Source: Candidatus Heimdallarchaeum aukensis
Lineage (GTDB): Archaea > Asgardarchaeota > Heimdallarchaeia > Heimdallarchaeales > Heimdallarchaeaceae
Length of the DNA stretch: 64,000 nucleotides
Reading direction: 5' to 3'
Assembly (NCBI GenBank): GCA_021513695.1
Contig: CP084166.1
Span: forward strand, 1,600,001-1,664,000
The position numbers were made by a program, and so were the translations under genes. Positions 30,247-39,946 of the stretch are shown here, in pieces; positions within the stretch are counted from its first letter, which is position 1, and each line of letters begins with the position of its first letter. The notes under the pieces are model-generated. The model was not told the origin of the DNA. It did not search any database and saw only the letters and a program-made list of their open reading frames with translations.

Positions 30247-31545
30247 TCACGAAGGAGAGTTTAGATTAGGCGAACCGGTCATAGAGCCAGAGGAGAGAGT
30301 TGATAAACCCTCGACCACGGAAACTGGAAAAAAGAACTTTTTCCGCTCACGTGGGACAGGAAAATAAGAAAAAAAGGAAGAAGAGAGAGGGAGAGGAAGA
30401 GAACCAAAAAAGAGAAGAGAAAGGTTGCGAGAGGCGTTGCGGTCAGAGTGAACTTCAAAACCACAAGAAACGCAACGAAAAAGGTCACGAGTGACACGGG
30501 AGGAAGGAGAAACGTGACCGCAACGAGAGCAACGTTGACTGGTATAATGAGGGGGGACAGGAAGAACAGGAATATGCTTTTCTTCAGCAAGAGAGGTCAA
30601 GAAAGAGAGGAAAAAGCGATAAGACCAGCGGTTGAGAGAGCGACGAATACGTTCTCTTCCTCTAAAATTCTTTTTAGTCCATTTTTTTCTTATTTTACTA
30701 ATTTCTTCAATTACTATCGCAGAGCGTGTAACTACTGCTAAATCTACAATCTCGTGAGCTATTTGCTCACATCGGGTTTTGTTATAATTTTTTTCTTTAT
30801 TTTTCAATCTTTTTAACGCACGCCGTGCTTTTTCACTTCCTTTATCAGCATACGATTGTAGCTTTCTTCTTCTTTCATTAAACTTATGTTGTTTCCAGGC
30901 AAGATCTTTTCCGAGGTAACGTTCAATTAGAGTAAAAGAGGGATGATTAAGTGTTATTGCGGCAGCTATCTTTCTACCTACGTCTACTCCTATCGTTCCT
31001 TCTACTTGTTGAGGAGGAAAAAGGTTAAGTTCTTTACGTAAAATTATGTGCTCTACCCACTTTCTTTCCCGTTTAAAGACTTTACAACTATGCTCTTTCC
31101 ATCCTTCTCTGCGGTATGCTTCTACTCTTCTCCATCCTCCATCTAGTTTGATAGGTATAGCTATCCTTTCTTTCATCGGAGAAATAGCTAAAACAGGGTT
31201 CCCTCTCTCTGTTTCTTTTATTCCTCCACTCCTGGGAAAGTTGAACTCCAACGGTAAATTATCGAACTTTTTCACTTTCCTTGCCGCATAAACTCTTCTC
31301 TGTACCGCTTCTTGCACTTGACTGTGTAACTTCACATATTTGAACCTCTTATATACTAAATGATGGAACTCTTTTCCTGATTTCGCTTTTTCCTTGAACA
31401 CTATTATTTTATTTGCCATCTCTGTCGCTTTTTTCTGTGCTCTCTGCATGTATGCTCTTTTTCTTCTACTCGGGAGAATATTCACTTTTACTGTTTTTTC
31501 TTTCCACTTCCTTTTCTTTCCTTTTCTTCTCCCTTTCGTTTTCAT
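30247..31545 (-). CDS. tnpB: TnpB-like RuvC/zinc-finger nuclease
   Basis: RuvC-I reads IGVDVGRK and RuvC-II reads AIVIEEISK. The zinc finger reads CSRCGHVS...FRCVSCGFEVHSDRNASRNL. The K/R-rich N-terminus and low-complexity C-terminal tail probably reflect read-through of the low-complexity ends. Confidence 0.8.
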   Translation of the reverse strand: MKTKGRRKGKKRKWKEKTVKVNILPSRRKRAYMQRAQKKATEMANKIIVFKEKAKSGKEFHHLVYKRFKYVKLHSQVQEAVQRRVYAARKVKKFDNLPLEFNFPRSGGIKETERGNPVLAISPMKERIAIPIKLDGGWRRVEAYRREGWKEHSCKVFKRERKWVEHIILRKELNLFPPQQVEGTIGVDVGRKIAAAITLNHPSFTLIERYLGKDLAWKQHKFNERRRKLQSYADKGSEKARRALKRLKNKEKNYNKTRCEQIAHEIVDLAVVTRSAIVIEEISKIRKKWTKKNFRGRERIRRSLNRWSYRFFLSFLTSLAEEKHIPVLPVPPHYTSQRCSRCGHVSPSSRVTRDLFRCVSCGFEVHSDRNASRNLSLLFFGSLPLPLSSSFFSYFPVPRERKKFFFPVSVVEGLSTLSSGSMTGSPNLNSPS

Positions 31546-31640
31546 TCCTTCTTCTTACTTTTTTTTCCTATATAAACCCCTCTCCTCTCTCTTTCCTTTT
31601 CTTTTCTTTCCTCTTTTTTTACAAAAAACTTGTTCATGAG
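31546..31640. repeat. pyrimidine-rich low-complexity tract with a CCTATATAAA motif upstream of tnpB-2
   Basis: The sequence is ttttttcctatataaacccctctcctctctctttccttttcttttctttcctcttttttt. It spawns the spurious ORFs 31394-31649. Confidence 0.7.
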
Positions 31641-31789
31641 AAAAATTAGTGAATACAAATAAATGTTGCTTTAAATCAATAATTCTTTTTGAAACTACTT
31701 TATTTTTCTTATTAAGAATTTAAAAACGGAGAATCTGCTCTGTTTAATATTAAGCTGAAAAATTTTGCTTGGTGTTAAATCAGATTATT

Positions 31790-32521
31790 CTAAAAGAAAT
31801 AAAATGAAAGAACACAAATAGCTATCGAAACAGATGAGATAAAGAAATCTTTTATTCTAAATCTCCTACTGATGCTATATTTTCGTTTGATGGAGGGGTT
31901 ATATCCTTTTATAACTAAAGTTTCGGCAAATAGGATACTATTATTGATAGCTCTAATAAATACTGTTTTCAACATTTTTTTTAGGATGGAAAATTGATTT
32001 ATGACATTCCAACTAGGAGAAACAAATCCTTTTATTCTTCTTGAATGATTTAAGATGGATATTTCTTTTGTGAAAAGAGGTATTAATTGATAGAGACTTG
32101 TGAAAATAGTTGTCAACTTTTGTGGAATATACATTTTATTCATTACGATAGACAACTCATTTGTTGAAACAGTTTGAAAAAACCAAGTAATCAAACAAAA
32201 AGAAGTGATAAAACGATTAAAGAAAAGATAGAACAATAAAATTAATTCATCTAAGGTTTGTTTCTGGTGTAAGAAGAAAATTCCCAAAAACGAAAAGAAA
32301 AGAAAAGCTAGAGCTATTTTTAGTAGTGTTTTTAGTGGAAATTTAATACTAATTATTAGAATTAGTGATAAAACTATAAGATAAGAATGATACCATAAAG
32401 ATTCTGAAGTAAAAAGAATAACTAATTGAGTAATAAGAAAAACAATCTTCGTTCTCGGATCAATTGTTTGGGGTTCAATTAATCTATCAATTGTTTTGTC
32501 AGTATCTATCATTTTCTTCAC
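31790..32521 (-). CDS. ecfT: ECF transporter transmembrane (T) component
   Basis: This 243-aa polytopic protein lies immediately downstream of the duplicated ABC ATPase. Size and position fit EcfT/CbiQ. Confidence 0.55.
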   Translation of the reverse strand: MKKMIDTDKTIDRLIEPQTIDPRTKIVFLITQLVILFTSESLWYHSYLIVLSLILIISIKFPLKTLLKIALAFLFFSFLGIFFLHQKQTLDELILLFYLFFNRFITSFCLITWFFQTVSTNELSIVMNKMYIPQKLTTIFTSLYQLIPLFTKEISILNHSRRIKGFVSPSWNVINQFSILKKMLKTVFIRAINNSILFAETLVIKGYNPSIKRKYSISRRFRIKDFFISSVSIAICVLSFYFF

Positions 32522-32529
32522 TCTTGATC

Positions 32530-33999
32530 TTAAATTTCTCTAGCAACTTTAGCTATCTGTTTATTCTTAATAACAAATATCTCATCAGCAATGGACTTCA
32601 AAAACATTAAATCATGACTAGCGAAAATTACTAATTTTCCTTGCGCTTTTTCTTTAATCAACTGCATTTGAAGCCATTTTTTATTTTCTATATCCATTCC
32701 ATTTGTAATTTCATCTAGCAGTATGATTTTTGGATTATGGAAGGTAGAAGAAATAAATGCCAATCTTCCTTTTTCGCCTTCAGATAAAGAAAAAGGGCTA
32801 TAGAGGGAGTATTCATCTAATCCAGCTTTCTTTAATGTCTCAATAATCTTATTTTTGGCAGGAACTTTTCTATTTAAATTTCTGAGAACTAATGTTACCT
32901 CATCCTCTACTGTTTCTTCAAAAAATTGTAACTCAGGATTTTGTGATACAAATCCAAATAGAGAAGCTTTTTCTAACCATTTAAACTTATGAACGGATTG
33001 GTTGTCGATTAATATTTGACCCTTTTTTGGTTTTAAAAGTCCAGTAATTAATGAAAGTAAAGTTGTCTTTCCTGTACCATTGCTGCCAGTAATTCCAACT
33101 ATTTGCCCATTTTTAAGAGAAAGAGAGAGATTTTCAAAAACACTCTCGTCTCTTTCCTTATATTTAAAGTGAATTTTATCAAGTATTAAAGAGAAAGAAG
33201 CAATTTCAAGATTAGTATTTGAACTATAATCAAGATAAACTTCTTTAATTCTCGATGGAAAAGAATTCTTTTTTTCTACTTCACTAAAACTCATTTCTGT
33301 CAATTTATTGTTCTGAAGTTGAAATATCTTGGGAGATAAAAGTGAATATTTCGAAATGTCGTGACTTGCAATTATAATAGTATATTTTTGTTCTTTTAGT
33401 TTTAATAGAAGATTTATTGTCTTCTTCTGGTTTATAACATCGAGATTGGCAAGAGGTTCGTCTGCTATAATTAATTTAGGGTAAGAAATAATAGTTGAAC
33501 CTAAACAAGTTTTTTGTTTTTCTCCTTCTGATATATTTCGAGGGTTCAATGGCAGTAGTTCCTTCAATGATAATTCTTCTGCAATTGAAAAAACCCTTGC
33601 TCTAGTTTCACATATTGGTATTTGTTTGTATTCTAAGCCAAAAGACAGTTCTTCATAGACTGTAGGTTCAGTTATAAAATTATTAACTCGTTGAGGGATA
33701 TACCCTACTCGTTCGGTAATCTTTGAAATCTTTGAAGATAACACATTTTCTCTATTAACATAAATTTCTCCCTTTACATCTCCTTTATAAAGATGTGGAA
33801 CCAGACCTAAAATTGAATAGAGGATAGTAGATTTTCCTGAACCACTAGAACCAGTTAAGAGAATTGTTTCACCTTGTTTTATCTTAAAGGATAGATTTTC
33901 GATTACATATTTGTCTCTAAAATGATATTTAAAACTAAAATTCTTGAACTCTACTACAGGTTTATCTATAGACAAATCAACACCGCTCATTGGAACCAA
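32530..33999 (-). CDS. ecfA: ECF transporter ATPase, fused tandem ABC domains (EcfA-EcfA')
   Basis: There are two Walker A motifs (GSSGSGKST, GSNGTGKTT), two ABC signature regions (LSEGEKQ, LSEGEKG) and two Walker B motifs (IIADEP, ILLDE). Confidence 0.8.
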   Translation of the reverse strand: MVPMSGVDLSIDKPVVEFKNFSFKYHFRDKYVIENLSFKIKQGETILLTGSSGSGKSTILYSILGLVPHLYKGDVKGEIYVNRENVLSSKISKITERVGYIPQRVNNFITEPTVYEELSFGLEYKQIPICETRARVFSIAEELSLKELLPLNPRNISEGEKQKTCLGSTIISYPKLIIADEPLANLDVINQKKTINLLLKLKEQKYTIIIASHDISKYSLLSPKIFQLQNNKLTEMSFSEVEKKNSFPSRIKEVYLDYSSNTNLEIASFSLILDKIHFKYKERDESVFENLSLSLKNGQIVGITGSNGTGKTTLLSLITGLLKPKKGQILIDNQSVHKFKWLEKASLFGFVSQNPELQFFEETVEDEVTLVLRNLNRKVPAKNKIIETLKKAGLDEYSLYSPFSLSEGEKGRLAFISSTFHNPKIILLDEITNGMDIENKKWLQMQLIKEKAQGKLVIFASHDLMFLKSIADEIFVIKNKQIAKVAREI

Positions 34000-34005
34000 A
34001 ACTGA

Positions 34006-35031
34006 CTAGTAAACTTTATCGAGTATCAATTTTAGCACTTCATGTTTAAGTTTATCGATATCATTAGGTAAGTCACCTATATTTGGCAGATTTATTCCTG
34101 CTGCGGTTATATGCCCCCCTCCTGTTCCACCTAAACTGAGTGAAAGTTGGTACGCTATTTCTCCTAAATCTATACTATGTTTTTTGGCAAAAGACTTCTT
34201 ACATCGGAGACTTATTCGCAGTTGTGATGGCTTTTGTTTAGAAACTACAATTGCCAAATCTGTACCTACAGAGGTTAAACTTCTCGCTACGGCTGATTCA
34301 AAAGAACTTACATGAGATATTGCAATTAAGTCATCATCTATTTTTTTTAATATTGCTCGCTGCATACCCTTAATTTTTGCAACTCGCTCAGATAGGGATA
34401 CTGGTGTTGCTAAAACAGATAAAGCTTGTTCATAATCGCCATATTTGGTTAGAAAATTAGTTACTTCGAAAATGTGCTTTGAAGTAATGAGAAAGCGACG
34501 AGAATCAGACATTATTCCAGCTAATAATAGAGTTGCTATGTTTTTTGGTAAGGAGATACCTGATTGATAAAAAATATATGAAATTATCTCCGAAGCAGAA
34601 CTAAATGATTGATCAATTATTGTGAAATCAGCTCTTTCACTAAATTCATGAAAAGAATGGTGATCTATAATAAAAAACGGCTTATCACCTGGAAATTCTT
34701 GATTTAGGATTAGTTCACCTAATTGTAAAAGATTGTTTACGTCGCAAAAGAAAAAAGCTTCGTAATCGTCAATTATCAAATTGTCATATACATTTATCTT
34801 AAAATGAGAACACAGATTTCCTGTGAGTGAATTTAAGGAAGAAGCAAATAATTGTATGCTTACTGAAGGGATAAAGTGATGTATTAATTCTTTTAAACCC
34901 ATTGCACTAGCTATTGCATCAGCATCAGCATTCTGGTGGAGAAGTATTGCTATTTTGATTATTTTTCTTTCTTTTAAGAAAGAAATTATTTTTCGGAATT
35001 CTTGTAGCAACGGAGTTCCTCCTCCAACCAA
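34006..35031 (-). CDS. DHH/DHHA1-family phosphoesterase (NrnA/RecJ-like)
   Basis: HQNADADAIASA carries the DHH motifs. GGTGGGHITAAG is the GGGH motif of DHHA1. The protein is 341 aa. Confidence 0.7.
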   Translation of the reverse strand: MVGGGTPLLQEFRKIISFLKERKIIKIAILLHQNADADAIASAMGLKELIHHFIPSVSIQLFASSLNSLTGNLCSHFKINVYDNLIIDDYEAFFFCDVNNLLQLGELILNQEFPGDKPFFIIDHHSFHEFSERADFTIIDQSFSSASEIISYIFYQSGISLPKNIATLLLAGIMSDSRRFLITSKHIFEVTNFLTKYGDYEQALSVLATPVSLSERVAKIKGMQRAILKKIDDDLIAISHVSSFESAVARSLTSVGTDLAIVVSKQKPSQLRISLRCKKSFAKKHSIDLGEIAYQLSLSLGGTGGGHITAAGINLPNIGDLPNDIDKLKHEVLKLILDKVY

Positions 35032-35297
35032 ACAGTTAATAATTCTGATATTTTTTCGTGCAACTCACTTAATTTCTCACTATTAAGTGCACCAGAAGAT
35101 TCAATTTCTAAATTTAAGGTGAGTTTCCTACTTTTATCTTGCTCTAAATTAATTATGATCGAATATTCAGTAAGAATAGACAATAATTTCTCCGCGGACA
35201 AATAATCAAATAATTTCTCTGACAGTTTTTCAGCAAAGTTTTCTAGTTCTTTAGATGAAAAAGAAGGAAGGCCGATTTCGATGAAATCTTCTGTCAT
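34986..35297 (-). CDS. small acidic hypothetical protein (overlaps DHH gene start by 46 nt)
   Basis: 103 aa with no motif recognised. It lies in the same strand run as prefoldin and the DHH protein. Confidence 0.3.
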   Translation of the reverse strand: MTEDFIEIGLPSFSSKELENFAEKLSEKLFDYLSAEKLLSILTEYSIIINLEQDKSRKLTLNLEIESSGALNSEKLSELHEKISELLTVWLEEELRCYKNSEK

Positions 35298-35327
35298 ACA
35301 TTATACACCATTAAAAGGGAATAATCC

Positions 35328-35666
35328 CTATATTTTTAGTCGTTCTTGAATTTCTTTTAGAGAGTTCAATATATTTTTCTCTCTTTTTTGAAGAGAAGAC
35401 AGATGTATCTCTATTCTTTCAAGTTCCTCTGTTAACGATTTTTTAACTGTTTCAACGTCTGATTGAAAAAGTATTGGACCAGTGGAGCGATAGATTACAG
35501 TTGACTCATCTAATTCATCAACTACTTTCAAGGCATTAGAACTATCATGTTTCATAATTTCATATTGCTGTATGTTTAGTCTAATTGAATCTAGACTTTG
35601 TCTGAGTTCATAATATCGTTGAACATCTTTTTCTTGTTCTGGAGTAAGTTTTCCTGGACTTGACAT
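35328..35666 (-). CDS. pfdB: prefoldin beta subunit
   Basis: 112 aa with coiled coil, a central beta-hairpin (VIYRSTGPILFQ) and coiled coil. Size and heptad pattern fit prefoldin beta. Confidence 0.6.
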   Translation of the reverse strand: MSSPGKLTPEQEKDVQRYYELRQSLDSIRLNIQQYEIMKHDSSNALKVVDELDESTVIYRSTGPILFQSDVETVKKSLTEELERIEIHLSSLQKREKNILNSLKEIQERLKI

Positions 35667-35833
35667 AATATATCCTCATTAAATGATATGAACGTCAAGT
35701 AATAGAGGAAATAAAGTTTTTGTTAAGTCATATTCTACCTAAAATCTTTTACAAAACGATATCTCTTTTATTTTATAGTGCTCTTTTTTTCTTAAATAAT
35801 AAAAATAAAAAAAGAGTTTGAAATTAAAAAAAG

Positions 35834-36517
35834 TTATTTTAGTTTGGCAAATTCTTCCTCAATATGAGATATTTTAATACCAAGGCTATCCATTAAAACA
35901 AAGCACCAACCCAACCAGATATTCACAAAACCTTTAGCTCCTGCGTCTACAACCCCAGCTTCTTTCAAAACGGGTAGCAAATTGGGTGTTTCTTTTAGAG
36001 ATTCTACTGCAGTTAAATAAGTGCCACTGATCATTTCGACCCAATCGCCACCATTTTCTGCTATTTCTCTTGCTTTGTCTGCAGTGTCTTTTATTACTGT
36101 TAACATTGTTCCCTCTTGAGGATTCATTACTGCATCATAAGCCCATTCTTTTCCTTCTTGTAATGCATCTGCAAATTCTTTAATTCCTATCTCTTCATGT
36201 TCTTCAATTGAAGAAGAAAATCCTTGGAAAAACTGACTAATTATAACACCAGAGTTTCCTTTAGCTCCCAAAAAAGACCCTTTAGAGATTAGTTGGGCAG
36301 CTTCTGCCACTGATTTGGCATTATCATCTGTGAATTGTTCAATTACCGTTCTTACGGTTAAAAACAGATTCACACCGGTGTCCCCATCTGGAACTGGAAA
36401 AACATTAATTGCATTTATTTCTTCCTTTGTTCGTTCTAAATTATTAGCAGCAGTAATCATCATTTTCTTAAGAGTAGAGCCGTTAATTTTTGTGCTACTT
36501 AGCATCACTTTTTTCAC
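35834..36517 (-). CDS. DAK2-domain protein (DhaL / FakA N-terminal-like)
   Basis: PVPDGDTGVNL is the DGDTG nucleotide/Mg-binding motif of DAK2 domains. The protein is 227 aa and all-helical. Confidence 0.55.
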   Translation of the reverse strand: MKKVMLSSTKINGSTLKKMMITAANNLERTKEEINAINVFPVPDGDTGVNLFLTVRTVIEQFTDDNAKSVAEAAQLISKGSFLGAKGNSGVIISQFFQGFSSSIEEHEEIGIKEFADALQEGKEWAYDAVMNPQEGTMLTVIKDTADKAREIAENGGDWVEMISGTYLTAVESLKETPNLLPVLKEAGVVDAGAKGFVNIWLGWCFVLMDSLGIKISHIEEEFAKLK

Positions 36518-36548
36518 CGATTCTTATAGTTTATTTCTCGAAATACAG

Positions 36549-36595
36549 TTTTACGGCTTCCTTTATAATACTTCCTAGTTTTTATGGCCGTAAAA
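36549..36595. promoter_or_regulatory. inverted repeat TTTTACGGC / GCCGTAAAA flanking a TATA-like tattataaa, upstream of the DAK2 gene; a third direct copy at 36657-36670
   Basis: The arms are 36549-36557 and 36587-36595 with a 29-nt spacer containing (minus strand) tattataaagg. A direct repeat variant agccataaaatattat lies 70 nt away. Confidence 0.3.
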
Positions 36596-36693
36596 TATTA
36601 TTTTCAAAATTATGTTTTTTCAATTCTTTTTAAGTTTAATCTTTGTTCGTTTCATAGCCATAAAATATTATATAATTATAAAATAATAAAAAG

Positions 36694-39630
36694 TTAAAGA
36701 AGTAAAATAGCTGGTTTCATAGGTCTAGCTTTACGAGCTTTGTTTTGTGGGTCAAAAATATCTTTTGTTTCAGAGATGTAGGTTTCGACTGTTATTTCAG
36801 GGTATTTTTGATTGATAATTTTCATATATCCTTGAATTGCATCCAATTGTTCTTCAGGAGAAAGCATTGAAATTCTAAAAATTGTTGGATCTTTTATCAT
36901 CAGCTTTGCTTCTTCGGCAATATTTTTCATGTATTTGTTTAATGTTTCGTGGTTTTTCACTAAAGACATTATTTTTCCTATATTGAAAGCTTCTTCAACG
37001 AAGGAATCCTTAGCAAGTTTATAAAAATCATTTTTCCACTGTGGAGCTATATATATAATCATTTTTTTAGGCTCTGATTTAACTAATTTCATGATTTGTT
37101 CGATATCTTTCATTAGATTTGTTAAGAATTTTAGCTGTAATGCTAGTCGTGTATCTTCTTCTGTTAAAACAACATCGTTTATTTTCTGTAAGGAAACAAA
37201 ACCTGTATTTCCATATCGTTCATATATCTCTTCACAAATGTGTGGAATCACTGGCGCCATCAGTATTATCATGTTTTCAATAGTCTGTTTTATTACACTT
37301 TGAACTTCTTTCTTGTCTAAATTTGAAGATATTTTCAAGTAATTTTCTATTTCTCTAATATTATCAAAGAACCCTGATAATATATAGTCTCGTGGATTAA
37401 ATTGCTCCATTGCATCAATTGCTAATTTCATATTACGTTTTACAGAAGCGATGACGATCTTAGATATAAAAGAATATGATTGTGGGTCAACTTTTTTGCT
37501 TTTTTCTACCATTGTTGCAAATTCCCAGAACTTACGTAATTTTTCTTTAGAATGGTTAACTTCTACTTCTCTCCAATCGACCACAGACTCTTGTGTTGCA
37601 ACAGAAGCTAAATGTAAACGTGTTAAGTCAACACTATACTTTTCTGGAATTTTAGCTATTGGAATTACATTTCCTTTACTTTTTCCCATTTTTTCTCCTT
37701 CTCTATTTAACATCTCATTCAAAGAGAACATTTGAGGCCAATATTTTTCTGGAAAAATTGCTACATGGTGAAAAATAGTAAAAGACAAATGATTAGAAAT
37801 GTGTGCTATTGCAGTGTGTCGCAAATCGTTAGGATACCAATACTCAAATTCACTTTTCATTTTTTTTATACTATCAATAGAAATTCCTGTTTCTTTAGAT
37901 ACTGTTTCAACATCGTGCTTGGAAAGGAATATATGGTCAAATAATATCGGTTTTAACTGCTTTGGTTTTATTTTTGATTCTTTAATTTTCTTTATGATTG
38001 TGTAGAATGCCATATATATGACAGAATCGCTTAATGATTCAATGATCCACCCTTTTCCCTTTGTAATAGGAAATTCAGTTCCTAATCCTCTCTTTCGCAC
38101 ACATGGGCGTTTATCTAACCAATTAAACACGTTTTCAAATGCTTGACGGTATTTTTCTGGAACTATTTTCATTTTGTTTAATGCTTTAAATGCAAGTTCT
38201 TTCCATTCAGTATTTCCGTAATTTAAGAAGTATTGGTCTTCAATCACTGCAGCAATTATTTTTCCACCACATCTACATCTTGCTTTTGTTGAAATTTCGT
38301 AAATATTTGATGCTAAATTCAGTTCTTTGAGTTTTTTCGCAACAGCAACTTTTGCTTCTTCAACTTTTAGCCCTTTAAATTCACCAGTATTTGATTTCAT
38401 TACTCCAGAGTAAAATTCTTCTTTGTATATTGTCTGCGTAGCTTTCTCTAACTTTTCAATGTCTTCTTGACTTTGAACACCCATTTTCTCATATATTTCT
38501 ACAGCTGGAAAATCTCCATATCCATCTAATTTAATTAGAGAAATAGCAGTAATGCTTTTCAGTTTTTTTTCATCTAATGAATACTCTTTTATCGCTTCAT
38601 CATTTTTTTGCAAATCTACTAATGCTGCATAATCATAAGGAGCATGTCCTGGAACGCTATACACTACTCCAGTTGCATGATCCGTATCAACAAATGTTGC
38701 GGGATAAATGGGAATAACAACACCAGTTAATGGCACTTCAACTTCTTGGTCAAATAATTCTCTTCCCTTAAATTCTCTAATTACCTCAATCTTATGATGT
38801 TGATTCTCTAATTTACTTACAGATTCTGATGATACAATCCAGTTTTCATTATCTATCTTAATCTCACAGTATGTATTTTCAGGATGTATCCAAACATTTG
38901 TTGCTCCAAAGATAGTTTCAGGTCTGAAAGTAGCAGCAACCAAAAAAGTGTTTTTGTTTTTTATTTTGAACTTGATTCCGACGAATTCAGATACTTCTAC
39001 TTTTGTTTCATCACCCGCATAAATATCATCCTCTCCAACAGCATTTTTACAGTTTGTACACCACAAGATAGGATATTCTCCCTTTGTAATGTATCCTTTT
39101 TCGTTAAGAATCTTATATTGCCATTCAATGAACTTGTTATATTCTGGATCACCAGTCGTAAACTCACGTGTATCATCTATCGAAAAACCCATTCTCTTAA
39201 AATCTTCCATTAACTTACCTGAAAAATACATAGCTACATTCATAGGTTCTACAAATGAACTAACTATTTCTTCAACTTTCTTTTCATCAGATTCGTAGAT
39301 AGATACATAATCTCTGTATTTTTTCCATTCTTTCTCATCCTTTTCTTTTATTTTTGCGGAAACTGAAAGAACAGGAGTTCCCGTAATATGGTAAGCCATT
39401 GGCCACATCACATTAAATCCTCGTTGCCTTTTATATCTTGCAAATAGATCACCAAGATTATATGTTCGACAATGGCCAATATGAAGAGAACCGCTTGCAT
39501 AGGGATAAGGTACAGTAACAAAATACTTGGGTTTGGAATTGTCTACTTTACCTACAAAGATTTTTTTTTCATCCCATCGTTTTTGCCATTTCGTTTCAAT
39601 TTTACGTATTTCCTCTAAAAAACCAGTCAT
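36694..39630 (-). CDS. leuS: leucyl-tRNA synthetase, archaeal type
   Basis: The HIGH motif is PYASGSLHIGH, the KMSKS motif is GEKMGKSKGN, and the editing domain is present. The protein is 978 aa. Confidence 0.9.
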   Translation of the reverse strand: MTGFLEEIRKIETKWQKRWDEKKIFVGKVDNSKPKYFVTVPYPYASGSLHIGHCRTYNLGDLFARYKRQRGFNVMWPMAYHITGTPVLSVSAKIKEKDEKEWKKYRDYVSIYESDEKKVEEIVSSFVEPMNVAMYFSGKLMEDFKRMGFSIDDTREFTTGDPEYNKFIEWQYKILNEKGYITKGEYPILWCTNCKNAVGEDDIYAGDETKVEVSEFVGIKFKIKNKNTFLVAATFRPETIFGATNVWIHPENTYCEIKIDNENWIVSSESVSKLENQHHKIEVIREFKGRELFDQEVEVPLTGVVIPIYPATFVDTDHATGVVYSVPGHAPYDYAALVDLQKNDEAIKEYSLDEKKLKSITAISLIKLDGYGDFPAVEIYEKMGVQSQEDIEKLEKATQTIYKEEFYSGVMKSNTGEFKGLKVEEAKVAVAKKLKELNLASNIYEISTKARCRCGGKIIAAVIEDQYFLNYGNTEWKELAFKALNKMKIVPEKYRQAFENVFNWLDKRPCVRKRGLGTEFPITKGKGWIIESLSDSVIYMAFYTIIKKIKESKIKPKQLKPILFDHIFLSKHDVETVSKETGISIDSIKKMKSEFEYWYPNDLRHTAIAHISNHLSFTIFHHVAIFPEKYWPQMFSLNEMLNREGEKMGKSKGNVIPIAKIPEKYSVDLTRLHLASVATQESVVDWREVEVNHSKEKLRKFWEFATMVEKSKKVDPQSYSFISKIVIASVKRNMKLAIDAMEQFNPRDYILSGFFDNIREIENYLKISSNLDKKEVQSVIKQTIENMIILMAPVIPHICEEIYERYGNTGFVSLQKINDVVLTEEDTRLALQLKFLTNLMKDIEQIMKLVKSEPKKMIIYIAPQWKNDFYKLAKDSFVEEAFNIGKIMSLVKNHETLNKYMKNIAEEAKLMIKDPTIFRISMLSPEEQLDAIQGYMKIINQKYPEITVETYISETKDIFDPQNKARKARPMKPAILLL

Positions 39631-39946
39631 ATTTACACCTCAATACTGGAATAAAGAATTTTTCTTTTCTATAGTAAATTACAGTTGCGATAAAAAATAG
39701 TAATATTATAAATTTACTGTAAAAAGATTCTTTTCTAAAAAATCGGGAAACCTTGTATCCAGTAACTATGTTAATAAAATAACTGTTTTCCAAGAAGAAC
39801 ATAGTCACCTTTCATCTTCTGGTCTCCTAAAACAGAAAAGGAGATATTAATTAAAAAGTTTATTCATATGACAGATTTTTGAGTACTTTTGGAAAAAGGA
39901 ATTGTGCAATTTCTCAAATTTTCTACTCAACTTTGTTGAAACGTTT

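Larger units (their letters stand above)
30180..31640 (-). mobile_element. second IS200/IS605-family (tnpB-only) element; boundaries approximate
   Basis: A GC-rich (about 45-48%) TnpB ORF is flanked by a CT-rich tract with CCTATATAAA at 31546-31640. It sits 75 nt from the apgM start. Confidence 0.6.

Noticed and set aside
30279-30590. Minus-strand 103-aa hydrophobic ORF and + strand 30300-30494 / 30448-30741 ORFs inside the tnpB-2 region
   Set aside because: They are products of purine/pyrimidine-rich low-complexity sequence in alternative frames of a well-supported TnpB gene.
31394-31649. Two overlapping + strand ORFs rich in F/L/S
   Set aside because: They are translations of the CT-rich low-complexity tract upstream of tnpB-2. 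The composition is implausible and there is no start context.
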